From assembly GCA_021785935.1 (NCBI GenBank), contig JAJYOG010000001.1, positions 192,743 through 256,742 on the forward strand: 64,000 bases of DNA, read 5' to 3'. The notes beneath the pieces were generated by a model. The model was given only the letters and a program-made list of their open reading frames with translations. It was not told where the DNA came from and made no database searches. Numbering within the stretch: position 1 is the first letter of the stretch; the number at the start of each line of letters is the position of its first letter. Shown in pieces: positions 1 through 7,829 of the stretch. The translations under genes were made by a program, and so were the position numbers. The DNA is from Actinomycetes bacterium (GTDB taxonomy: Bacteria > Actinomycetota > Thermoleophilia > BMS3ABIN01).

Positions 1-587
1 AAAAGGTCCGTTATCAACGGATTGTAATCCCGGCCGTGGCCGTTGTGATCTTCATGGGCTTCTTCCTGGAGACATGGCCCCATATGCCTCTGGTCAATCT
101 CGATACGCCTCCTGTTTATGGCGAGATTGCGGCCAGCAAGCTCCCAGGTTCGGTAATCAGCCTTCCATTAGGGTGGATCACTGCCGGCAGAGGATCGATG
201 GGTCAGCCCGCGCCCTTTACCGAGCTCTACCAGACGGTCCACCTCAGGCCGATGGTGGGTGGCGCTGTCAACCGGGCTCCCAGTGAGCTGATCGACTTGA
301 TGACCGGGGCGCCGGTGCTTGCCTTTTTATTCGATCCAGGATCGCCGCCTTCGGAGCGCGACCTCGACCCGCAGGAGATAGTCTTCGCCATCGATAAATA
401 CAAGATAAATTACATCGTCGTTCACAAGCTCTATCCTCGTCAGTATTTTGACAGCACCCTGTCACAAGTCGAGACGGTCATCACACCTGAAACGCTGAAG
501 AACATCGACGCTTACGCGACCAGGAACCTCGGCATGGAAAAATTCGAAGAGACGGATGAGATCGTGGCGTATCGACGTCCGGCTTGA
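1..587 (+). CDS. C-terminal part of a large membrane protein (5' end outside window), paralog of the 11962..13800 product
   Basis: Frame is open from nt 3 to the stop at 585-587. The last ~180 aa align by eye with the C-terminus of 11962..13800 (shared SVIxLPLGW, LYQ, PMVGG, IVVHKL, LGMEKFxET..IVAYRR). Confidence 0.75.
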   Translation, partial: KVRYQRIVIPAVAVVIFMGFFLETWPHMPLVNLDTPPVYGEIAASKLPGSVISLPLGWITAGRGSMGQPAPFTELYQTVHLRPMVGGAVNRAPSELIDLMTGAPVLAFLFDPGSPPSERDLDPQEIVFAIDKYKINYIVVHKLYPRQYFDSTLSQVETVITPETLKNIDAYATRNLGMEKFEETDEIVAYRRPA

Positions 588-638
588 ACCTTTAAAGGGC
601 GGCGCCGGAGCCGCCAGTCCGATGTCCCTCAATCCGCA

Positions 639-682
639 TTCACCTCTTTGTAACAAACCATTCACCCGTTATTAACCTGCGC
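639..682 (+). promoter_or_regulatory. PHO-box-like operator A: four 11-nt direct repeat units
   Basis: TTCACCTCTTT GTAACAAACCA TTCACCCGTTA TTAACCTGCGC, exact 11-nt phasing. It ends ~60 nt upstream of the ATG at 744. Same architecture as the sites at 4139, 5333, 6703 and 11938(-). Confidence 0.6.
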
Positions 683-743
683 AGGCAAGCAACCGTCTAG
701 ACTGATTTTCAACCATACCGCTGAAAGCAGAGGAGCTGGCGAC

Positions 744-998
744 ATGAAAACTGCATTCCTTCCGGCTGAGTCCAGCGCAGATTTTTTGGAAGAGATAAGA
801 CGAAGGGTGATGACGGTTATCACTCAGCAGCCGGGCGTTCCCTTTTCCATTTATTTGCTCGCTGAGATGTTAGGGATTCCGCCGCAATTCATCGAAGCAG
901 CATTTATCGATTTTGAGGGACCTGAAGAATCGCCGCATTTTCCGGGAGCATTACTTCATATGTCCCAGATGAGCAAACAGGTTATTTACCTGCCCTGA
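744..998 (+). CDS. Small (84 aa) winged-helix-like protein of unknown function, paralog 1 of 3
   Basis: ORF with AGAGGAG 9 nt upstream of the ATG. Shares QxPGVP...LAxMLG...QxIEAAxxxxEGP...xIYLP with 4241..4486 and 11576..11836(-). Confidence 0.75.
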   Translation: MKTAFLPAESSADFLEEIRRRVMTVITQQPGVPFSIYLLAEMLGIPPQFIEAAFIDFEGPEESPHFPGALLHMSQMSKQVIYLP

Positions 999-1061
999 TA
1001 CTAATCCAGGCGCCGCCCCGAGAAACTGGAGGGCCGCGTCAGCAGAAAGAAGGGAGCGCAT

Positions 1062-1340
1062 ATGGCTCAGTGTCCGGTATGCAAACGCCACGACATTTTC
1101 CGGGAGCAGACCAGCTACCTGAACATAATCGCCGACCGCTTCTATTTCGACTGCCCTCAATGCGGGGCTTTCATCTTGACGTCGCGGACCAGGAGTCTCG
1201 TAATGGATATGCATCCATCCGGCGTCAAAGAACTGCTCGGATGGATATCGGAGCACAACTCCAGCGGTACAGTGCCAATGGTGAGCGAACATTTCGTGGC
1301 GAGGATAATGAGGGGTTCGAAAGAAAAGGTGCTGCGGTAA
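1062..1340 (+). CDS. Zinc-ribbon protein (92 aa), unknown function
   Basis: Two CxxC pairs (CPVC ... CPQC). The stop abuts the ATG of the next gene at 1341. Confidence 0.65.
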   Translation: MAQCPVCKRHDIFREQTSYLNIIADRFYFDCPQCGAFILTSRTRSLVMDMHPSGVKELLGWISEHNSSGTVPMVSEHFVARIMRGSKEKVLR

Positions 1341-1919
1341 ATGCAAAAGATCAGATTAATAGATGCAACCCTTCGCTCAGGCGAGCGGGCTCCGGAAGCG
1401 CCGTACACCGTCAGGCAGAAACTCATATTCGCCAGGTCTCTGGACTTCCTTGGAATCGATTCGATCGAGGTGGGGCAGCATGAGGTCGAAGCGGCGCTCG
1501 AAACGGGAATCGGCAGAATCGCAGTCTCCCTGGGATCAATCGGACTGCATCCGGTAAGCCTCGTCCGGGCTGCCCTGCGGGTTAATAGCCTGGTCAAACA
1601 GATCACCGATAGCGGCCGAAGGGTCCGTTTTTCCGTAGAAGATGCTACCCGGGCCAACATGAATGTGCTGATCGAGCTTTGTCTGGCTGCTATAGGGGCA
1701 GGCGCTGACTACATCCACGTGATGGTGAACGGACTTGGAAAACGGACCTATATAACTCCGCTTCGCAATCTGGCCTTGGCTCTGAAAGTGCAATACGGTA
1801 TCGATACCGTGACTATGCTCAGCAACGACGAGATCTCGCGCATGGTATCGAAGCTTAGCCGCCCATCATCGCCCGATCTCGCGGTCACCGAGATGGAGAG
1901 AGGCAGGGCCAGTGCCTGA
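1341..1919 (+). CDS. Truncated/degenerate HMGL-like (DRE-TIM metallolyase, homocitrate/isopropylmalate synthase-like) protein
   Basis: N-terminus IRLIDATLRSGERAP resembles the IxDTTLRDGEQ signature with substitutions. The later FSVEDATRA and GADYIHVMVNGLGKR resemble EDAxR and tvnGlGERaGN segments. At 192 aa it is far shorter than a full barrel, and I saw no HxH motif. Confidence 0.6.
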   Translation: MQKIRLIDATLRSGERAPEAPYTVRQKLIFARSLDFLGIDSIEVGQHEVEAALETGIGRIAVSLGSIGLHPVSLVRAALRVNSLVKQITDSGRRVRFSVEDATRANMNVLIELCLAAIGAGADYIHVMVNGLGKRTYITPLRNLALALKVQYGIDTVTMLSNDEISRMVSKLSRPSSPDLAVTEMERGRASA

Positions 1920-3381
1920 CCGAATAATCGCTGTGGCCCTTTTCCTCCTGACGCTGCTTTCGCGCCTGCCGTTCATGACGTCGATGCTTTACGCCTGGGA
2001 CTCCGTGCTTTACGCCAGGGCAATCGACCATTTTGACGTCGCTGCACATCAGCCCCAGCCGCCGGGATACATCTTTTATGTGGGGCTGATCTCGTTTTTC
2101 AACTATATTGTCGGCGACAAGAATGCGGCCATGGTCTTGGTCAGCATGATCTCCTCGGCGGCGGCAGTGGCCTGCCTCTATTGGCTGGGAAGAACCATGT
2201 ATAGCCGGCGGGTCGGCTTGCTGGCCTCACTTTTCCTGCTAACCAGCCTGAGTTATTGGGCTCATAGCGAAGTCGCACTCCCTTACACACTGCTCGGATT
2301 ACTCAGTATTCTCGTTGCCATGCTTGTCTACCGGGTATGGAAAGGAAACGCCGGTTACCTGATTCCCGCAGCGGGCGCGCTGGGGTTGGCGTCAGGGTTT
2401 CGCCCAGACCTGCTGTTTTTCCTTTTGCCACTGTTCGCCATTGGACTTTTCGGTATGCCGCGCCGCCGGAGCGTTCTGTCACTGGTCGTTTTGTCCGGCG
2501 CTGTTCTGTGCTGGTACGTGCCAAGTATATTGCTATCGGGTGGTTATCATGCTTATCAGACGGCCTTGTCGCAGCAGAGCGATTACGTTACCCGGAACGC
2601 GACTTTCATGGGTGTTGACGGTATCGGGGCGATTGTTGCGAATCTGGGTGCCATGGCGCATTTTTTCATCTGGGCCGCTTCAGGAGCCCTACCGCTCACG
2701 GCCGTGTTGGTTTATCGGCTGATGTCACGGCGAGATCCCTTCAGGAGAGACAGGCGCTTTCTTTTCCTGGCCGTCTGGGCTGTTCCCAGTGTGTTATTTT
2801 ACATTTTCATCCACCTGGGAGAGCTCGGCTATATCTTCAGTTTTCTGCCGGCTTTCCTGCTGGCGGCGGTTGCCGCGACCGACGGCCTGTTGAGCAAAAT
2901 CATTGTCCGGCCGGAGCACATTAAAGGCTTCCCACTATTTAGTTATTCCCCGCTTCTGCTGGTAGTCCTCAACCTGGCCATGTTCCTGTTCGTCAGCCCG
3001 AAGTTGAGCGCGAGCAGCCTGGCAAACCGGGACGAGATGCTGCGAACGGAAATCAGCGCCATCCGCGAAAATTTCAATCCAGCCTCCACCATGATCGTTG
3101 CCGTGCAGGATGACCAGCAGGTTTCTTATTACCTTCCGGAATTCCGTCATATCAAGCTGGATCCCATGGTCAAGGAAAATGTGACTCAGCCGCTGCCCGC
3201 CGATGTCAAACAGGTCATCATCTTTGACAAGTACCTCGAATCACCCAGGGGAGAAGCCGGGAAGGTCCTGTCGGTCACCCCCGGCCAGTATCTAAGCTAT
3301 ATCACCAGAGAGCCGCGGCAGAAGTCGATTGCGCTTGATTGGCGTAACAAGAGCGTGACCCTTCTAAGCGAGGCTAAATAA
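1912..3381 (+). CDS. GT-C-fold membrane glycosyltransferase-like protein (PMT_2/DUF2723-like, putative mannosyltransferase)
   Basis: 489 aa polytopic protein. The first loop WDSVLYARAIDHF...HQPQPPGYIFYV resembles the xD/E ... HPPGYP loop of ArnT/PMT/DUF2723 families. GTG start overlaps the upstream gene by 8 nt. Confidence 0.75.
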   Translation: MPDRIIAVALFLLTLLSRLPFMTSMLYAWDSVLYARAIDHFDVAAHQPQPPGYIFYVGLISFFNYIVGDKNAAMVLVSMISSAAAVACLYWLGRTMYSRRVGLLASLFLLTSLSYWAHSEVALPYTLLGLLSILVAMLVYRVWKGNAGYLIPAAGALGLASGFRPDLLFFLLPLFAIGLFGMPRRRSVLSLVVLSGAVLCWYVPSILLSGGYHAYQTALSQQSDYVTRNATFMGVDGIGAIVANLGAMAHFFIWAASGALPLTAVLVYRLMSRRDPFRRDRRFLFLAVWAVPSVLFYIFIHLGELGYIFSFLPAFLLAAVAATDGLLSKIIVRPEHIKGFPLFSYSPLLLVVLNLAMFLFVSPKLSASSLANRDEMLRTEISAIRENFNPASTMIVAVQDDQQVSYYLPEFRHIKLDPMVKENVTQPLPADVKQVIIFDKYLESPRGEAGKVLSVTPGQYLSYITREPRQKSIALDWRNKSVTLLSEAK

Positions 3382-3496
3382 TGAATACCGGGTTAAAGAG
3401 GGAGGTGGCTATCGGGTATAGGGAACAGAAGGCAGATGCTGGTCGTTATTAATCAGGGTTCTTTCAATAAATACGGAAACAGGCAGGAGTAAGAAA

Positions 3497-3988
3497 ATGT
3501 CAGATATTTTACGTCCGAACGAACTTCTTTTCACCAACCAGATGCTCACCTCGATCAATGGCGAGTACCTACTTTTCCTGCAGGAGGACGGCAATATGGT
3601 CCTCTATGAGAAAGTGCATCATGAAGATGGAAGCGTCATGCTGGAAGTGACCTGGGCAACCGAGACCAGCGGCGAGAACTCCTGGTATGCCATCATGCAG
3701 GAAGACGGCAATTTCGTACTCTATGATCTGGAAGGAGTCGCACTCTGGCAGACGGACACAATCGGCAAGCCCGGTTCGTTCCTTCAACTCCAAAATGACG
3801 GCAACCTCGTCATTAACGAAATCTCGCATGCCTGGATGGCTGAAAGCGGGGAGGATGAGGATGAGGAGGATGATGCTGGCGGCGCCGAAGCCATCGATCT
3901 GGCGGAGCAGAACCTGGCCCGGCAGGTGGATGAGGCGCTGGCGGGCGACATGCTGGCGTCATCAGCAGCGTTAGACAAGGAAGACTAG
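3497..3988 (+). CDS. Bulb-type (GNA-like, beta-prism II) mannose-binding lectin domain protein with acidic C-terminal tail
   Basis: Three QxDxNxVxY-type motifs: QEDGNMVLY (aa 29-37), QEDGNFVLY (68-76), QNDGNLVIN (99-107). These are followed by an EDEDEEDD tract. No obvious signal peptide. RBS AGGAG upstream. Confidence 0.85.
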   Translation: MSDILRPNELLFTNQMLTSINGEYLLFLQEDGNMVLYEKVHHEDGSVMLEVTWATETSGENSWYAIMQEDGNFVLYDLEGVALWQTDTIGKPGSFLQLQNDGNLVINEISHAWMAESGEDEDEEDDAGGAEAIDLAEQNLARQVDEALAGDMLASSAALDKED

Positions 3989-4051
3989 GACCGCGATTCA
4001 CTTGGTTGAGATCAAGCACAAGCAAATACCTGTCTAACAACGGTATTAAGG

Positions 4052-4086
4052 GCGGAAGCACCCGGGGGCCATCACGCGAGGCCCCC
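4052..4086 (+). terminator. Rho-independent terminator after the lectin gene
   Basis: CCGGGGGCC - 9 nt loop - GGCCCCCGG, followed by CTTTTTTCTT. Confidence 0.8.
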
Positions 4087-4138
4087 GGCTTTTTTCTTCC
4101 CAAGTCTTCCCCCGCTACCGCTACCGCATATCTCGAAG

Positions 4139-4182
4139 TTCACCTGTTTGTAACAACTTGTTCACCTCTTTGTAACCAAACT
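4139..4182 (+). promoter_or_regulatory. PHO-box-like operator B: four 11-nt direct repeat units
   Basis: TTCACCTGTTT GTAACAACTTG TTCACCTCTTT GTAACCAAACT. It ends ~60 nt upstream of the ATG at 4241. Near-identical to operator A. Confidence 0.6.
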
Positions 4183-4240
4183 ATCCGGTTTTGCAGTCAC
4201 AATGAACACGGACGATCATCAAGCGGGAAAGGAGCCTCTC

Positions 4241-4486
4241 ATGATAGTAGCGCAAAGCAAGACCCTGAGTTATTGTTGGGGGGAGCTTAACGACGAGCTT
4301 TATTACATTCTGAAACAACATCCGGGTGTGCCTTATCGCGTCGGCCGGCTGGCCAGGATGCTGGGCAGGAATGAACTTCAGATCGAAGCGGCGTTGGAGG
4401 AGATCGAGGGGCCGGTGGCTTCAACGGACCCGGGCGCTTTTATCCATATATGGCGTTCCACTGGCGAGGCGATCTATCTCCCGTGA
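4241..4486 (+). CDS. Small (81 aa) winged-helix-like protein, paralog 2 of 3
   Basis: ATG at 4241 preceded by GGAAAGGAG; the track ORF starts at 4202 without an RBS. Family motifs QHPGVP, LARMLG, QIEAALEEIEGP, AIYLP. Confidence 0.75.
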   Translation: MIVAQSKTLSYCWGELNDELYYILKQHPGVPYRVGRLARMLGRNELQIEAALEEIEGPVASTDPGAFIHIWRSTGEAIYLP

Positions 4487-4537
4487 ATCCTCCAGTAACT
4501 CTTGTATACCTGAAAAAGCCGCCTCTGTTAGAATCAG

Positions 4538-5269
4538 ATGATGGATAAACACGAAACAAACCCCGCCCGCATCCTTGTCGTCGAGGACGATGAAGCTATC
4601 CGCGAGGCAATTGTCTTCAATCTCAAGAAGATCGGGTACCGATACCTGGTTGCCGCCAACGGGCTGGAGGGACTGAGGGTTCTGCGCCGGGAACATCCCG
4701 ACCTCATGATCCTCGACCTGATGTTGCCGGAGATGGATGGCTGGAAGCTTTGCGAACAGGCGCGCGAGGAAGGCTTCGACCTTCCCATAATTATCAGTAG
4801 CGCCCGCACCAGCGAGTTCGACAAAGTGCAGGGGCTTTCGATAGGCGCTGACGATTACATCACGAAGCCGTTCGGGATGAGCGAGCTCATGGCCCGGGTC
4901 GAAGCTCATCTGCGCAGGCATCGCCAATCCGTGGCCGGATTGGGCAAATCAGAGCCTCTCAGCTTTGGTCGGCTGACCATCGATCCAGAACGGAAAGAAG
5001 CGTTCGGCGAAGGCCGGCCCCTGGGCCTGACCTCGAAGGAATTCGCGGTCCTTTATCTGCTCGCCCGGGAATCGCCCATCGTCATCTCGCGGGAAGATAT
5101 CTACAAGTCAGTTTGGGGCTATGAGATGCTCCATGGCGACCGCTCGGTCGACGTGTTCATCAGAAGGATTCGGAAGAAGCTTGCCCAGGAATTCGGCGGT
5201 CAGACGTTCCTCCAGACCCATTACGGATTCGGCTACAAGTTCGAAATCAAAGAGTCCACGGACATATAA
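4538..5269 (+). CDS. OmpR/PhoB-family response regulator (PhoB/PhoP-like by context)
   Basis: Receiver domain (ILVVEDD, DLMILDLMLPEMDG, KP) plus a winged-helix output domain (LTSKEFAVLYLL ... GFGYKF). It lies next to the pst operon. Confidence 0.9.
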   Translation: MMDKHETNPARILVVEDDEAIREAIVFNLKKIGYRYLVAANGLEGLRVLRREHPDLMILDLMLPEMDGWKLCEQAREEGFDLPIIISSARTSEFDKVQGLSIGADDYITKPFGMSELMARVEAHLRRHRQSVAGLGKSEPLSFGRLTIDPERKEAFGEGRPLGLTSKEFAVLYLLARESPIVISREDIYKSVWGYEMLHGDRSVDVFIRRIRKKLAQEFGGQTFLQTHYGFGYKFEIKESTDI

Positions 5270-5332
5270 TTCTCGGCATGAACGCCGCCACTGACAGGAG
5301 CGGTTTCCCGTTTTCTCTTCGAATCCCCACCG

Positions 5333-5376
5333 TTCATATTTTATTCACAATTTATTTACCACTTGTTAACCTCCGC
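5333..5376 (+). promoter_or_regulatory. PHO-box-like operator C upstream of pstS
   Basis: TTCATATTTTA TTCACAATTTA TTTACCACTTG TTAACCTCCGC, 11-nt phasing. It ends ~69 nt upstream of the pstS start. Confidence 0.6.
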
Positions 5377-5444
5377 CTTTTTCTTGTCTGCTAATGTGAA
5401 CAGGACATTACTGGAAAGGTCAATTCTAAGGAGGACTGATCGGT

Positions 5445-6554
5445 TTGCAAAAAACAGGAATCAGAAAAAGTTTGGTGCTGGCGGCGGCGGCAATTGCCGT
5501 ACTGGCGCTGATAGTGGCGGCAGCCGGTTGCGGGGATAGCGGCAGCTCAACAAGCACCAGCGGTATCGCCGTTCCCAGCGCTTCGCTCACCGGCGCCGGC
5601 GCCACCTTCCCCTTCCCCATCTACTCCAAGTGGTTCGATGAATTCGGCAAGCAGTATCCGCAGGTGAACATCAACTACCAGTCGGTCGGTAGTGGCGCGG
5701 GCATCCAGCAGATAACCGCCCAGACGGTGGATTTCGGCGCCTCTGACGCGGCAATGTCGGACGCCGAACTGGCCAAGGCTCCGGCGGAGCTCTTGCATAT
5801 TCCCACGGTCGCTGGCGCCGTCGTCATCACTTATAACGTCGAGGGCGTAGAGACCGGCCTCAAGCTGACGCCGGACACGCTGTCAAAGATCTTCATGGGA
5901 ACAATCACCAAATGGAACGATCCGGCGCTCAAGGCCGACAACCCTGGCGTGAACTTCCCGGACAAGGACATTGTCACCGTGCACCGCTCCGATGGCAGCG
6001 GCACCACCAACATCTTCACCAGCTATCTCGATACGGTCAGCCCCGACTGGCACAGCCAGGTTGGCAAGGGCAAGGAAGTCAAGTGGCCCAACGGCCTCGG
6101 CGGCAAGGGTAATGAGGGTGTCAGCGGCCAGGTGTCCCAGACCAAGGGCGCCATCGGTTATGTGGAGCTTGCCTACGCCAAGCAGAACAAGCTGCCTTAC
6201 GCCAGCATGAAGAACAAGGCGGGCAACTTCGTGGAGCCTACTGTGGCAAGCACGACCGCCGCGGTCCAGGGCGTGGTCGCGAGCTTGCCGGCGGACCTGC
6301 GCATCAGCCTCGGTAACCCCGACGGCAAAGACGCCTATCCGATCGCCGGCTTCACCTACATCCTGGTCTACAAGAACCAGAAGGACCAGGCCAAAGGCCA
6401 GGCGCTTGTGAGTTTCCTCTGGTGGGCCATCCACGACGGCTCGCGGTACACAGCGGCTCTCGATTATGTGTCACAGCCGCCGGAAATGGTCAAGAAGGTC
6501 GATGACCAGATCCGCAAAATCAACTACAACGGGCAGAGCCTGGCGCCGCAGTAG
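5445..6554 (+). CDS. pstS: Phosphate ABC transporter substrate-binding lipoprotein PstS
   Basis: Signal peptide with lipobox (AAAGC). TGAGATFPxPIYxKW and GSGxG motifs. TTG start with AAGGAGGA upstream. Followed by pstCAB. Confidence 0.92.
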   Translation: MQKTGIRKSLVLAAAAIAVLALIVAAAGCGDSGSSTSTSGIAVPSASLTGAGATFPFPIYSKWFDEFGKQYPQVNINYQSVGSGAGIQQITAQTVDFGASDAAMSDAELAKAPAELLHIPTVAGAVVITYNVEGVETGLKLTPDTLSKIFMGTITKWNDPALKADNPGVNFPDKDIVTVHRSDGSGTTNIFTSYLDTVSPDWHSQVGKGKEVKWPNGLGGKGNEGVSGQVSQTKGAIGYVELAYAKQNKLPYASMKNKAGNFVEPTVASTTAAVQGVVASLPADLRISLGNPDGKDAYPIAGFTYILVYKNQKDQAKGQALVSFLWWAIHDGSRYTAALDYVSQPPEMVKKVDDQIRKINYNGQSLAPQ

Positions 6555-6588
6555 CGCGAATCAGTGCAGACGGCCACTCTCCGTTTCC

Positions 6589-6631
6589 GTCCGCGTGGGA
6601 CATGCCGCCATGGCGCATGTCCCACGCGGAC
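6589..6631 (+). terminator. Strong intercistronic hairpin between pstS and pstC (partial terminator or mRNA stabiliser)
   Basis: 17-bp perfect stem GTCCGCGTGGGACATGC / GCATGTCCCACGCGGAC around a 9-nt loop. No U-tract follows. Confidence 0.5.
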
Positions 6632-6702
6632 TGCTTCAGCTTATCGCAAGGCCATCACAAAGCCCTGCCCCATGGCCGATCTGGCAGGCTGAATTGCGCC
6701 AG

Positions 6703-6746
6703 TTCACAATTCGTTAACAATTCGTTCACCTGCTGTTAACCTGCCG
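6703..6746 (+). promoter_or_regulatory. PHO-box-like operator D upstream of pstC
   Basis: TTCACAATTCG TTAACAATTCG TTCACCTGCTG TTAACCTGCCG, perfect 11-nt phasing, ~105 nt upstream of the pstC ATG. Confidence 0.6.
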
Positions 6747-6851
6747 GTCCGCAAACTTTGATAGCTTGTTTTTAGGCGGATTGGATAGCATGTTCCCACC
6801 CGGATCATCCTTTCTGAACATCCGAATCTTTTTCAGCATGCCCGGAGCCAA

Positions 6852-7829
6852 ATGTCGTCCATAAACAATCTGCGCGATAAGTTTCGTGACGCTTCCCGGC
6901 CCGCACGTGGCCGGCTGGGAGACACTCTTTTCACGGTGATCGCCTTCCTGGCGGCAGCTACGATCATCCTGATCATCACCCTGCTCGTCTACCAGCTGTT
7001 TGAGGGCGCGCTGCCTTCGATAAGGGCGTTCGGAGCCGATTTTTTGTCATCTTCGGAATGGGACCCGGTCAAAGATATTTATGGCGCCCGGGTATTCATC
7101 TACGGAACGATCGTCTCTTCGCTGCTGGCCCTGTTAATGGCGGTTCCGCTCAGTCTCGGCATTGCCATCTACCTTAGCCAGTTTGCCCCCCGCTGGCTGC
7201 GCTCACCGCTGGGATTCATTGTCGAGCTGCTGGCCGCTATCCCCAGTGTTGTTTACGGCCTATGGGGAATATTCGTATTGGCGCCATTCCTGGGTCAAAC
7301 AATTGAGCCTTTTTTCGCCGACCACCTGGGCGGCATACCAATATTCGCCGGCCCGGTCTACGGCGTCGGCCTGTTCGCCGCGGCCGTGGTGCTGGCGATC
7401 ATGATTCTGCCCACGATCTCCGCTATTTCCCGCGAGTCCATGCTCAATGTTTCCAGCGACCAGAAGGAAGCCGCCCAGGCGCTCGGAGCGACCCCCTGGG
7501 AGACGGTGCGCATGTCGGTTCTGCCACTTGCGCGCCCCGGTATCATCGGCGCCATAATTCTGGGACTGGGACGCGCTCTGGGCGAGACCATGGCGGTGAC
7601 CATGATCATAGGCAACAGGCCCGAGATCTCCGCCTCAATTTTCGCGCCCGCCTATACGATTGCCAGCGTCATAGCCAACGAGTTCGCTGAAGTCACGGCC
7701 GGGCTGCACATGGCGGCGCTGGTCGAGCTGGCCTTGATCCTGCTGGTCATCACCTTATTGCTCAACCTGCTCGCGAGGCTGCTGGTTCAGAGAACCGGGA
7801 GCGGAGCACTCAAAAGGAAGCGCTCATGA
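6852..7829 (+). CDS. pstC: Phosphate ABC transporter permease PstC
   Basis: Polytopic permease with an EAAxALGATxWE motif. Operon position. Confidence 0.92.
   Translation: MSSINNLRDKFRDASRPARGRLGDTLFTVIAFLAAATIILIITLLVYQLFEGALPSIRAFGADFLSSSEWDPVKDIYGARVFIYGTIVSSLLALLMAVPLSLGIAIYLSQFAPRWLRSPLGFIVELLAAIPSVVYGLWGIFVLAPFLGQTIEPFFADHLGGIPIFAGPVYGVGLFAAAVVLAIMILPTISAISRESMLNVSSDQKEAAQALGATPWETVRMSVLPLARPGIIGAIILGLGRALGETMAVTMIIGNRPEISASIFAPAYTIASVIANEFAEVTAGLHMAALVELALILLVITLLLNLLARLLVQRTGSGALKRKRS

Noticed and set aside
5883-6434. 183-aa minus-strand ORF inside pstS (and a similar 234-aa ORF at 9566..10270 opposite phoU)
   Set aside because: Both are antisense to genes with strong family signatures. 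Neither has an RBS or a recognisable domain.
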